DNA of 64,000 nucleotides from an uncultured Nitrososphaerales archaeon (GTDB lineage Archaea; Thermoproteota; Nitrososphaeria; Nitrososphaerales; Nitrososphaeraceae): NCBI GenBank assembly GCA_963695855.1, contig CAVOHZ010000010.1, positions 1,184,001 to 1,248,000 of the forward strand, read 5' to 3'. Shown piece by piece: positions 53,962 to 64,000 of this stretch (position 1 is its first letter; each line of letters starts with the position of its first letter). The notes under the pieces were generated by a model. It saw only the letters and a program-made list of their open reading frames with translations, ran no database searches and was not told where the DNA came from. The position numbers and the translations under genes were made by a program.

Positions 53962-54814
53962 ATCTTTGGTACTTTACTTAATATATCAAATTTCATTAGA
54001 GTTGAGAAAATTTGTACCTTAATATTGAAAAATTTGTCCCGACTTGAAAATGGAATATCATAACTAAACTGCTAAAATTGATAAATTTAATCTCAAGCTA
54101 AAAGTACTTGAATTCATTTGAAAATAATGAAAAGAAAAAAACTAAATCAAGTTATTTCTTCTTCAATCAAGCTACCATCTATTGATTGTTTTCTCATGTT
54201 TGAATAATTTGAATTATTGTGTTTTCTATAAAATCTTTCCAAGTCATATGATGCAGCAGAGCCTTGATTCTATACGGGCTAGGCGGATAGTCAACTGATT
54301 TTGACACAATTTTGTGGTACAAAAATTCAACGAGCAAACCGGAAAAATTCTGATCTAATAGAGACTAATTGTTAGCAATATTTTAAAACAGATATAGATT
54401 ATAGATTAATGTAATTGTTTATATTGTGGTTTTACTAACATTAGCCGATTTTTATTTTAGTATTTTTATAACGATATATTTGTGACTTGCATTTTCAATT
54501 TGTTAAAATATTCTTTTTAAAATGTCTTTTCTTCCTATTATATAAACGATCTCAATGCAATGATTTTACATTTCAACAATTGTTATCTTTAATACTTGAA
54601 GTTGATTGATGGATTGACTTTTGCTATTTGAAATATGATTCTATTTCTAGTTTTTATCAACGTAGTCGCCTTCAGTCACATCTCTTTTCTTACTTTCTTG
54701 AATATTTGTATGAAATAAGTTTTTAATTTAGCAATCGTATTGATTTTTCTTTCTGTTTTGTTTGATTAAGTTATATCCTATCTATCTTTATGTAGTATCA
54801 TGGATGTGAGTATG

Positions 54815-56257
54815 CTAGGCTCTTTTTGAATCGTCCACGTCAAATCTTTTCTTGCGCCAGTGATCATCTATAGTGTCTCTTTCTTCTATTGCTAACTTTA
54901 CATAATCTCTCAGATTGTTTTCTGTAACTTCATACGAAAAATCACCAACCAGTTTTTGCATTTCCTTCTGTTGTTTTTGTATAATCTTTGTTACCTTCTT
55001 CTCTATCTCTTGTTCCATCTGTGCAGTTCCAATGTTACCAACTAGATCATTCATAGATCCTTTGATTGATTTTCTTAAAGAGATATCATGTGATATTGAT
55101 ATTGCAGAAAGGTACAATCCAAAACTAAACAAGTACGAAGATAGCATTACAAGTGAATGAGCAGCAACTCCGTATGTCGGTTGTATTGCCGAAGTAGAAA
55201 GTGAAATACCAACCATAGTATCACCTATTGCTGCGATGATTAGATAATCTTTTAATTTTGATGAGACCAAACTCTTTACAATCATAAAAAAGGCTAGACC
55301 AAATAGAACATTTCCTGCTATAGTACCTATTCTAAATAAAAGTCTAAAAAAATAACGATACTGTTCGTCTACTCCTGATAAACCTTCACCTGAAAAGAAG
55401 CCTGGTGCCTTTCCAATCAAGTAAAATATCAATGGAAGTGACAAAATTATCCAAAGTAATAGCGGGAGTTTACCTACTCTCTGATAAAGGGTACGTAATA
55501 GTGAGGTAGATGCAATCCATCTAAATCCAAATGCTATTGGAAGAACCGTGGAATTGAGAAGATTATAAAATATTAAACTTGAATTTGGTATTATATAAAG
55601 AAAAGTAGTATCTGAATTCACTATTTTGTATATTATTTCGCCATCATATTTCTCAGAGGGTTCATATAAGAAAGATGATTCAGTCGTTACTCCTGGTGGC
55701 GACTTTTCTTGTACCACCTGTACTAATAATAATTTAGTACCGGCATCTTCTAATATCGATGAACCAAGTGTTAATGCTGCAATTCCATAAAATAAAATAA
55801 CGAGATTTTTATAACTAGTTAATTTATACCATGAAATTAATTTGAAGGTAATGATACCTATTATTATGCTTGATGCTATTGAACTAACTGCGAAGATTGA
55901 AGGAGATAGAAATCTATTACCGGTATTACTAATAAGCATAAAGAGGAGTACTAGAAATAAGGAAAATTGAATTATAACCATACTCCAATGCATTAGATTA
56001 ATAAACCGGGATTTGGTTCTGATATCCTTACTTATTTGTGTAGTGTATCCTAGAAGGATCCAAGATCCTATACCATATCCAATAACTACAGTCAAAATAA
56101 ACATTAGGATTTCCATATCCTTGGTATAGGGCAAAATCTGCCGGGTCATCAATAAGTCAATAATCACAATAAAAAATATAGCAACTCCTGTTATGACAGG
56201 TATTTTCCTATTACGCATAATAGGTATTTGGAGAAACAAGTATCTCCCAAGATTCAT
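54815..56257 (-). CDS. Polytopic membrane protein of unknown function
   Basis: About ten TM segments; C-terminal D..LRKSI...L...IGTAQMEQEI coiled coil. Confidence 0.85.
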   Translation of the reverse strand: MNLGRYLFLQIPIMRNRKIPVITGVAIFFIVIIDLLMTRQILPYTKDMEILMFILTVVIGYGIGSWILLGYTTQISKDIRTKSRFINLMHWSMVIIQFSLFLVLLFMLISNTGNRFLSPSIFAVSSIASSIIIGIITFKLISWYKLTSYKNLVILFYGIAALTLGSSILEDAGTKLLLVQVVQEKSPPGVTTESSFLYEPSEKYDGEIIYKIVNSDTTFLYIIPNSSLIFYNLLNSTVLPIAFGFRWIASTSLLRTLYQRVGKLPLLLWIILSLPLIFYLIGKAPGFFSGEGLSGVDEQYRYFFRLLFRIGTIAGNVLFGLAFFMIVKSLVSSKLKDYLIIAAIGDTMVGISLSTSAIQPTYGVAAHSLVMLSSYLFSFGLYLSAISISHDISLRKSIKGSMNDLVGNIGTAQMEQEIEKKVTKIIQKQQKEMQKLVGDFSYEVTENNLRDYVKLAIEERDTIDDHWRKKRFDVDDSKRA

Positions 56258-56812
56258 GATTTAGATATCCTTTAGAATTATTTAAATTAATTAAATTTTG
56301 ATAATGAGAAATGATATTATCAATCAATAATAATAATAATAAAATTAAATTTTTGTAGAAGGAAGATGCTTTATATATACTATAGAATAAGTTTATAAAG
56401 TATATACATTTTCGCAATTTTTGTATTGATTAAAGTAGTTTGAGGAAGCATATTGATCCTTTATAACATAAAAATTTGTTTGTATTATAATATTAAAAAA
56501 ATTAGTTAAAAATAAGATATTAATTAATAAGTTTCCAATTAGTAATTTCTATTCTGTTAATATCAGAATTATAACTATAAAAGCTTTTCTTGCTATTATC
56601 TAATTGTTTTATTAATTATGACAAAAAGACAGATTATCACTCGATCTACCGATATAAATTCATATTGGCTTGATATTCCAGTTCAACTTTCATCCATCGT
56701 TTCACTTCTTTTCTTACAGTCGTGTTTGAATATTCTTTCATAAATTATAATTATCTTTTCATTTAGTTTGGTATTTTATATTTTTTTAATAATTTTATTG
56801 ATTGCATATATA

Positions 56813-57769
56813 CTAATATCCTTTAATATGTAACCCTAGTGAGTCGTATACAATATTCTTCATCTGAAAAATTTGATAACCATTTTCAAATAAATATTTC
56901 ATTTCCTTTTCAAATAAATCAGGGTTGATACTATAATCATCTTCACTATAATCAATCATATGATATACGAGGATTGGAATTGCTCTTATTACGTATGCGC
57001 TATTGTATCTTGTTTGACTATCTACTATTTCTTTAAATTTTTCATACATTTCCTCATCAGAATATCCACCAGATTTTTTATAGGCTTCATGACTCAATCC
57101 AGTTATTGTATACCTCTTGAAATCTGATTGTATTGTATTTTCATTATTTTTAGGTGAAGAATGTTGGCATTGATTTTCGTATTTATCATCATACACAAAA
57201 CCTTCATCGTCATCTTTACATGAAAAAAACATAAGTGGCTCAGTTGCGGTCCGAGCAAGATAATAATTGTCAGCAATAATTTTTATTATATTTTTGTTTG
57301 TATCGCCATCATTATATGGGAAGGAGAAACTGGTTACATTAAATCCTTTTTCTTGTAGACATCTTTTGGATTCAATAATTTCATATTTTATATCGTTATC
57401 TGATAATTTCCCTAGTCGTTTATGGTTCATTGAATGAGAACCAATTTCATGTCCTTCTTGTTCAAGTGACTGGATATCATCCCAATTCATTCTATCGTCT
57501 TTACCTACAAAATTACAAATGATATAGAAGGTAGCCTTAAAATTGTATATATCTAAAATTGGTTTTGCGTAAGTAAACTGACTTAGCATTCCATCATCAA
57601 ATGTTAAAATTGCTGCTTTTATTGGTTCAGCCAAGGAATAAGAGATCAGAACAGGAGAAGAAGATAATAGTATTATCATTAAAAATAGGAATACTGTTAA
57701 ACAATACATAGTAAGAATTTCAAAAATGTGCAAGATATTTAGGTATTGCCTTAAATCGATTATGTACAA
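56813..57769 (-). CDS. Secreted polysaccharide deacetylase (NodB/CE4)
   Basis: LTFDDG, KATFYI, HEIGSHSMNH, FSFPY; the PILVYH segment lies at the C-terminus. Confidence 0.9.
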   Translation of the reverse strand: MYIIDLRQYLNILHIFEILTMYCLTVFLFLMIILLSSSPVLISYSLAEPIKAAILTFDDGMLSQFTYAKPILDIYNFKATFYIICNFVGKDDRMNWDDIQSLEQEGHEIGSHSMNHKRLGKLSDNDIKYEIIESKRCLQEKGFNVTSFSFPYNDGDTNKNIIKIIADNYYLARTATEPLMFFSCKDDDEGFVYDDKYENQCQHSSPKNNENTIQSDFKRYTITGLSHEAYKKSGGYSDEEMYEKFKEIVDSQTRYNSAYVIRAIPILVYHMIDYSEDDYSINPDLFEKEMKYLFENGYQIFQMKNIVYDSLGLHIKGY

Positions 57770-57984
57770 TTACATGATTAAGTGTTATGCTATTACTTCA
57801 TGTAGATAAATTCATTTTCATATTTTTTTTATCTTTGTAATTACTGATATATTTATTCGTAGGCATTCAAACGCAGTATATCAACTGATTTTGACACAAT
57901 TTTCAGTCCTTTTTCTACAGTTTTTAAAAATTAATTCTATCTTCATTTTCTTGATGATGAAAAAATGTTAAAAATTAAGGTTCA

Positions 57985-58520
57985 AGAAATGTATTTACCA
58001 TATTACTTAATCTTTCAGGATATTGAAACATAAACGCATGACCTCCCTTTTATGAACTGTGCTAACTAGGCTCCAGGAATTTTTTGCGTTAATGATAAAG
58101 AATTGTTAGATAGTATTATCTGATCATCATTTCCTGCTACAGCTAACTTATCTTGAGATATGTTTTTTAAACGACCATAAGAGCCTATTGGAATCCAATC
58201 AAGCATTGCGTCTATTTGCTTTTGTAGAGTTATATTGGAATGTAAGTGAAGCGATGCAAATTTTTCATCGTTGTGATCACCCTTTTGTTCTATCCATTTT
58301 TTTTGGGAATTGATAAGGAATAAATCGATTTTAAATTTAATTCTCAGTTCCAGTTAAATCGCTAAATTCGTCTCTCAGTTCTTCAGACTGGTAAGAAGAT
58401 TGTATAGTACCACAATGAGAAGCATAAATTATCAAATCGTTAACTTTGTCAGAATATTTTATGTTAATTCCTGTGCTATGAACCCTTGCATTGAATAGAA
58501 TAACCCAAAATATCTGTTTT
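57985..58520 (-). pseudogene. Alpha/beta hydrolase remnant
   Basis: Minus-strand fragments LGY.(S)MQGF.A, KVNDLIIYASHCG, AGNDDQIIL..NS, GGHAFMFQYPE, with frameshifts. Confidence 0.6.
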
Positions 58521-59190
58521 TAATTTTTTCGGCGCCGAAAAATAATATTGAAAAAAATATTTTCATACAATAGTCAACAGGATGGCTGGAATGGCTCAGA
58601 TATATGCCATCCTGTTGTCAGTTACCCATCTTTTATGTAATGTTATAATAACTTGGTATTTGTATTATTTATGATATATGGTGGTAAAAAATATTTTTTT
58701 ACTATATTAATTATAGAAAATAATTTTTAGATCACGTACAATTTGAGATTTGAAGACTCTTGTTTAAGTCTTGTTTCTTTCAATATGCATACTAAGAGTT
58801 TGTTTATACATATTACTAGTCTAACACCATCTACATGTCAGTCCAATAAAAGAAATTGTTGCAATTAGAGTTATCCCTACAACCATTCCTATGATGCAGA
58901 TGTTGAATTTTGTTAACTTACATACTTCTTTATTCTCCTTAGAACAGAAAAAGATATTCCACATCTAAAATAGAGTTACCTGATAATAAGAAACATAACA
59001 GTAAATTTACAAAAATATAGACCAATAAAATTATAAGATACTATTTTTTCCGGCGCCGAAAAAATTAAATTGACTTATTTATTGATTTTAATTTTGTTCA
59101 CTTACGCATTATGTATTCAAATTTAAAAAGAAGTTTGGAAATATGTGGGTGTCCATGTTGGAATGTATTTGAAAAATTGTGGATGATTTT

Positions 59191-60525
59191 TTAGCTATTG
59201 ATCCTTGTGTATTTGTATATTCTTTTTTTTTTGAAAGAATCGTATTTTTTTATTAACCAAGTTATAGCTCCAACAATAGGGACATAGACAAATTGTATCG
59301 CCGATCCTAAGTCTATCATAGATACTAAATTTTCCCAAATCATTGAAATTTCCTCATACCAAGAGTTTATTTCCTCATACCAAGAGTTTGGTTGGAGTGT
59401 TTTCGATGATTCATCTGGAGAGGTATTTAACTCGTTGGTGAAACTTTTTACCGTATTATCTTTATTGGTAGAAGGATTTAATGAATTTGTAAATTTTTCT
59501 GTGGGGTACCCAACATCTCCTTTTAAGAACATTGCTCCATGACCCCTAGGTGTAGATGAAGGATCTTCAGAATTGTATAACAGGCTAAGTCTTGACTCTG
59601 AAATAGGATCTATTTTCATTACTTCATTTCTAAATTTTGTTTCTATTCCGTCTGGCTTGGGTAATATTGAGTGCTTGATGTCTGGATCCAGGTCATTATC
59701 TTTCATCATCGCTTTCAGTTCACTTAACTGGTTCTTGCCAAACGAAATATTTACCGGAGCAGGTTCAATGATGATATTAATTTTTGGTGCGGGAATATAG
59801 AAATAGGATCCTGTATCAAGAAATATAATGTTTTTCAATGCATCGTTTTTAAAGGCATAAGTGTAAGGTATACCCCTAAACGTTTGCATCTTAATCTTTT
59901 CTAAATCTAGGTCTGTGTTTATCACTCCATGATTTTTATCATAAAAAAACGGATTTTCAATTCCCTCAAAACAATTCTGTATCATATCTCCTCCTAAAGA
60001 ACAAACTTGGCTACTCAATTTTTCTGTCTTTTTTTGTAGTATTATTTTGTGTTGATATTCCCTTCCTTGAATTTCATTTAGTTCATTAAAATAGGGATCA
60101 GATAGGATTCCATACACTGTCACATCATGGGGAGGTTTGTTTTTAGGTACAGATTCTAAATTTTCTAATGAATTATAAAACGTGATCATATCAAGAAATA
60201 CATTATTTGTGTTATAATTGGAAGAATCAATGTATATTATTGAAGAGCCGTAGGTTCTTATCGCTAATGTATGAAAATCCATAATATCATTACTGTTTTC
60301 ATTTATAAAATTCAATAAGTCAAGACTCGAACCGTAAGATGGGGTTACATAATAATTACTTACAATTGTAATAATGAACAGAATTAATAATACAAGGTAG
60401 TACAGTCCGAGCCATTCCATAGAATATAATACCCTAACAAATTTTATAAATATATTTATGGTAGGTACAGTATTATCTAAGATACCAAATTGATCCCATT
60501 TGTATAAGGTTTTTAACATGATCAT
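59191..60525 (-). CDS. Hypothetical secreted protein with C-terminal TM
   Basis: N- and C-terminal hydrophobic segments; NSWYEEI duplicated by a 21-bp tandem repeat; start uncertain. Confidence 0.7.
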   Translation of the reverse strand: MIMLKTLYKWDQFGILDNTVPTINIFIKFVRVLYSMEWLGLYYLVLLILFIITIVSNYYVTPSYGSSLDLLNFINENSNDIMDFHTLAIRTYGSSIIYIDSSNYNTNNVFLDMITFYNSLENLESVPKNKPPHDVTVYGILSDPYFNELNEIQGREYQHKIILQKKTEKLSSQVCSLGGDMIQNCFEGIENPFFYDKNHGVINTDLDLEKIKMQTFRGIPYTYAFKNDALKNIIFLDTGSYFYIPAPKINIIIEPAPVNISFGKNQLSELKAMMKDNDLDPDIKHSILPKPDGIETKFRNEVMKIDPISESRLSLLYNSEDPSSTPRGHGAMFLKGDVGYPTEKFTNSLNPSTNKDNTVKSFTNELNTSPDESSKTLQPNSWYEEINSWYEEISMIWENLVSMIDLGSAIQFVYVPIVGAITWLIKKYDSFKKKRIYKYTRINS

Positions 60526-60640
60526 GTTTAATATGATCTTACTTTAACATGATCATATACTTGAGAAAAAATATTTTATTCAATTCCTGTGCACTTCACG
60601 ATAAAGTTGAATCTATATATTAGAATTACATGTGAAGAGG

Positions 60641-60790
60641 AGCACTGTTAAGTTAACAAAAGATCTATAGCTGTAAACGTTCTGTTATAACAATATATGT
60701 TGTCAATATTTGTCAAAAATAGAACATCCTCTTTTATTGTTATGGATTCTTTGTATCCATACTTTCTCGGGCATATTATACTAAATTCTT
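60641..60790 (+). mobile_element. Highly decayed IS6-like left end
   Basis: AGCACTGTTAAGTTAA end followed by KNRTSSFIVMDSLYPYFLG. Confidence 0.65.
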
Positions 60791-61291
60791 TATAAACCAG
60801 TGAGATGTAATTCCCTATACTTTAGCATGCTCTCTTGTTATCCGATTTGTAAATAGTCATTAATGAAGTAATAGTATTTGAACAATTTTCTTTAGTGAAT
60901 GTATTATTATATGCAATGATGTATATAGAATTAACCGAAGGATCAATGTAGAATTATCTTTTACTGTCTTCAAAAGCAAATTGTAAATATGTAAAGTATT
61001 TGAGTTTCTGCTGTAGTTTAATCAAAAAAGTAAATAACATGTGCATATAAAATAATTTCTGTAATATATCAACCATAGTTTATTGCATAATTCAGTCAAC
61101 AATCAATATATGTTCTAAATAATAGCATGACTATTCAAAGCCCGATGTAATACGGGCTCGATGGATAGTCAACTGTTTTTGACAAAATTTTGTGGTGCAT
61201 AATAACTAAATGTAATAAGGTCATATTTCTGATACTTTTATTGTAATCTAATAGAAAAAATTTTATATGAATATCAAAATGTTTTTTATAA

Positions 61292-61603
61292 ATGTCTCAG
61301 TCTCAAATTTTTGATATAGATACATTTTTATCAAATTTTCCTAAATCTAGATATTTTATTGATGTAATGAATACATCAACCATGGAAGTTGGGATAATAA
61401 ACTTAAAGAAAAATCAAGACGACACTCAAGAACCTCACGCTTCAGATGAAATTTATTACGTTATCAGTGGGAGCGGAACAATAGATATAGATGGAATTAA
61501 AAATGAAGTTAATCCTGGAAAAATAATTTATATTCCCAAAAAAATCCATCATTCATTTCATGCCATTAGTAAAGAATTAGTTGTTTTATACATACTAGCA
61601 TGA
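61292..61603 (+). CDS. Cupin domain protein
   Basis: DTQEPHASDEIYYVISGSG...IYIP....HSF. Confidence 0.9.
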   Translation: MSQSQIFDIDTFLSNFPKSRYFIDVMNTSTMEVGIINLKKNQDDTQEPHASDEIYYVISGSGTIDIDGIKNEVNPGKIIYIPKKIHHSFHAISKELVVLYILA

Positions 61604-61985
61604 ATACATAATTGGATATTACAATAAAAAAATCAGATTAATATTTGTCTAATTATTTCTCTTGTGATATACGTTGTACATAATGATTTGACACCATTTC
61701 AAGTAAAAAGTTAAATATGACTTTAAACCTGTAAAAAACTTTTACGATTCACTTCGGTATCCCAATCAGAAAAATACCAGATCCTTGATATTTAGTTGTT
61801 TGAAAGAACGTAAAGAAGAACCTTGGGGAATACTGCTTGGTTTAAACTCTCTTTTTTTATTTTTTTATGGTAATTATTGAAATCGGATTTAGATTTTTTA
61901 TACATTTTCTTCTTATTCTATTTGAAAGTATTATAATCAAATTTACCAACTTTATTTATAAGCAACAGTACTTTCTATTTTATCA

Positions 61986-62276
61986 ATGAAATGCATTATT
62001 TGCAAACGTAATAGAGTAGAGATGCCTGATAAATCCTCTAAATATTGTTGGCAACATCAACAAATTTACATTAGTATAAAAAATCTATATGTTAGTGTGT
62101 TCAAAGCATATGGTTCTATTTCTTGGGAAAATTTTTTACTTAAAATTCTCGATAAAAAACTTGACAAGCCTTGGAAAAATTCTTTAATAGACTACTATGG
62201 AAAATTATCTCCAGGAATTTTAAACGTGGTTAATTCTGAATTACAGTTGTCACAAAATGGCAAAAAAATAAAATGA
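61986..62276 (+). CDS. Hypothetical Zn-binding protein
   Basis: MKCIIC...YCWQH. Confidence 0.65.
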   Translation: MKCIICKRNRVEMPDKSSKYCWQHQQIYISIKNLYVSVFKAYGSISWENFLLKILDKKLDKPWKNSLIDYYGKLSPGILNVVNSELQLSQNGKKIK

Positions 62277-62760
62277 TATTTTTAAAATTTATGTTATAAT
62301 TAATAAATCAACTATAAATAATAATTAACTTTTGGTAATTGATAAATATTTCATTCTATTTTTAAAATGAGAATACTAATCAAGGTATTATAAAAGTATT
62401 CAGAAAAAAAATGTCAGCTGAAGATAATTAATTGTTACCTTCAGATAGACAGACATAGATAACAAATTCGGTTATCACATATGTAACACATTTTATCTGC
62501 TTGACTGTTTTGTTATTCTTACAACTATTTAATCTTCTTTAGAAAGAAGCATTTCATATGAAGTGTAACAATCGATATCTCGATACTCTCTTGTTTCATT
62601 GTATGTTTTTGGAATGATGTCAGAGTTTTGTTATTTAATATATAAACAAATTATTCTTGAATGAGTTACAGTCTGATTTGGAATTATCATAGTCATCATA
62701 TATATTTTATTAAAAAAACCAAGTAGTTAAAATAAATATGGTTTTTATATTGTATATATT

Positions 62761-63597
62761 TTGTATATAAATATGGATCAAATAGAAAAATTATGTGTTC
62801 CTCCATTAAAAGAAGGAAAAAGAGATGACGAAATAAGCTTATCCAAATGGAATCCAGATGATACTTTCGGTAAGACAAAAGAGGAAATAAAAAAAGAGTT
62901 AGATGAGATCCTCCCAGAATTGTCTGAGCTTCAGTACAAACTATATGCTGAGAGGGAAAAGTCATTATTAATTATTCTTCAGGGAACAGATGCATCAGGA
63001 AAAGATGGAGTAATACGTAATGTAGTTCGAGTTTTTAATCCTGTAGGATGCAAGGTAGAATCATTTAAAGTTCCATCATCAGAGGAATTATCTCATGATT
63101 TTCTTTGGCGCATCCATAAGGTAATTCCTTCAAAAGGTTATATTGGAATATTTAATCGATCTCACTATGAAGATGTTATAGAAGTACGTGTAAATAATCT
63201 AGTATCAAAAACAATCTGGTCACAAAGATATAGACAAATTAATGATTTTGAAAGACATCTATCAGAAAATAATGTAAGGATAGTAAAATTTTTTTTATAT
63301 ATAAGCAAGAAAGAGCAAACAGATAGACTACGTGACCGAGTTTTAGATCCTTCAGAAAATTGGAAGGTTTCTGCAGAGGATTATGCGAGAACAAAAAAAT
63401 GGGATCTCTATATGGAAGCTTATGAAGATGCCTTAAAATTATGTAGTACTGAGTGGACACCTTGGTATGTAGTTCCTGCTAATAAAAAGTGGTTTAGAAA
63501 TTGGGTTGTAGCTAAAGTTATCAGGAAAAATTTGCTAAAACTCGATCCTAATTTTCCAACTAAAAAGCTCGACAAAAGTTTGTTGGATAGTATCTAA
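62761..63597 (+). CDS. ppk2: Polyphosphate kinase 2 (class III-like)
   Basis: LQGTDASGKDG Walker A, FK.PS.EE..HDFLWR, FNRSHYEDV, PWYVVPANKKW.RN. Confidence 0.95.
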   Translation: MYINMDQIEKLCVPPLKEGKRDDEISLSKWNPDDTFGKTKEEIKKELDEILPELSELQYKLYAEREKSLLIILQGTDASGKDGVIRNVVRVFNPVGCKVESFKVPSSEELSHDFLWRIHKVIPSKGYIGIFNRSHYEDVIEVRVNNLVSKTIWSQRYRQINDFERHLSENNVRIVKFFLYISKKEQTDRLRDRVLDPSENWKVSAEDYARTKKWDLYMEAYEDALKLCSTEWTPWYVVPANKKWFRNWVVAKVIRKNLLKLDPNFPTKKLDKSLLDSI

Positions 63598-63795
63598 GGT
63601 TTTTAATCCTATTTGATCCTATCTGAATAAATAAAAGATCTATTGCATAATTAGCCTTGCATAAATTTTTTTATAAATTTTGGAATAAAAATTGAAGATA
63701 TTATAAATTCCATATTAGTTTTTACCATGAAGCATATTCAATCTTCTGGATTTTTACATGATCACTAATTACGTAATAAATCTTGAATATAAAAA

Positions 63796-64000
63796 GCTGT
63801 GTTAAGTTAAGCAATAAAAGCTATAGCTAAGAATATCATATCTATTATACGAAATAAAATTTGAAAGAAATAGAACATGTGCCTGTATTGTAATATATTC
63901 TTTGTATCTATATTTTCTTGGTCTCAGTTTAAGAAAACTTCTAAAGTATTAATGCTCTTTAAACGTAAGAAAAGGAGTTACGTGTCTGTATGGAATTGGA
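63796..64000 (+). mobile_element. IS6-like left end with frameshifted transposase start, running off the window
   Basis: AGCTGTGTTAAGTTAAG end; KFERNRT..YSLYLYFLGLSLR-TSK..KRSYVSVWNW. Confidence 0.8.

Overview
AT-rich archaeal DNA. Gene content and protein style point to a soil ammonia-oxidising archaeon of the Nitrososphaeraceae (Nitrosocosmicus-like); this is an inference. The window is mostly accessory DNA. Main elements: (1) an RNase J-like beta-CASP nuclease gene followed 74 bp later by a CRISPR array (13 full 30-bp repeats, one truncated repeat, 13 spacers), with no cas gene in the window and the far end of the array abutting a 288-bp local duplication; (2) a PolB2 (Dpo2-type) cassette of inactive RadA-like protein, arCOG07300-like protein and PolB2, with a perfect palindromic operator over its start codon, a divergent MmcB/sce7726-like PD-(D/E)XK nuclease gene and a nearby tRNA 3'-end fragment resembling an att site; (3) a divergent pair of a frameshifted EEP nuclease and a SLATT/DUF4231-like membrane protein with a (GTSQP)x19 tail; (4) one intact IS with an 8-bp TSD nested in an older transposase, a decayed IS5, IS6 remnants and two IS6-derived MITEs; (5) several unexplained dispersed DNA motifs, paralogous secreted protein families and many pseudogene fragments. 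No complete tRNA or rRNA gene was seen. All family assignments come from reading motifs by eye; no database search was run.
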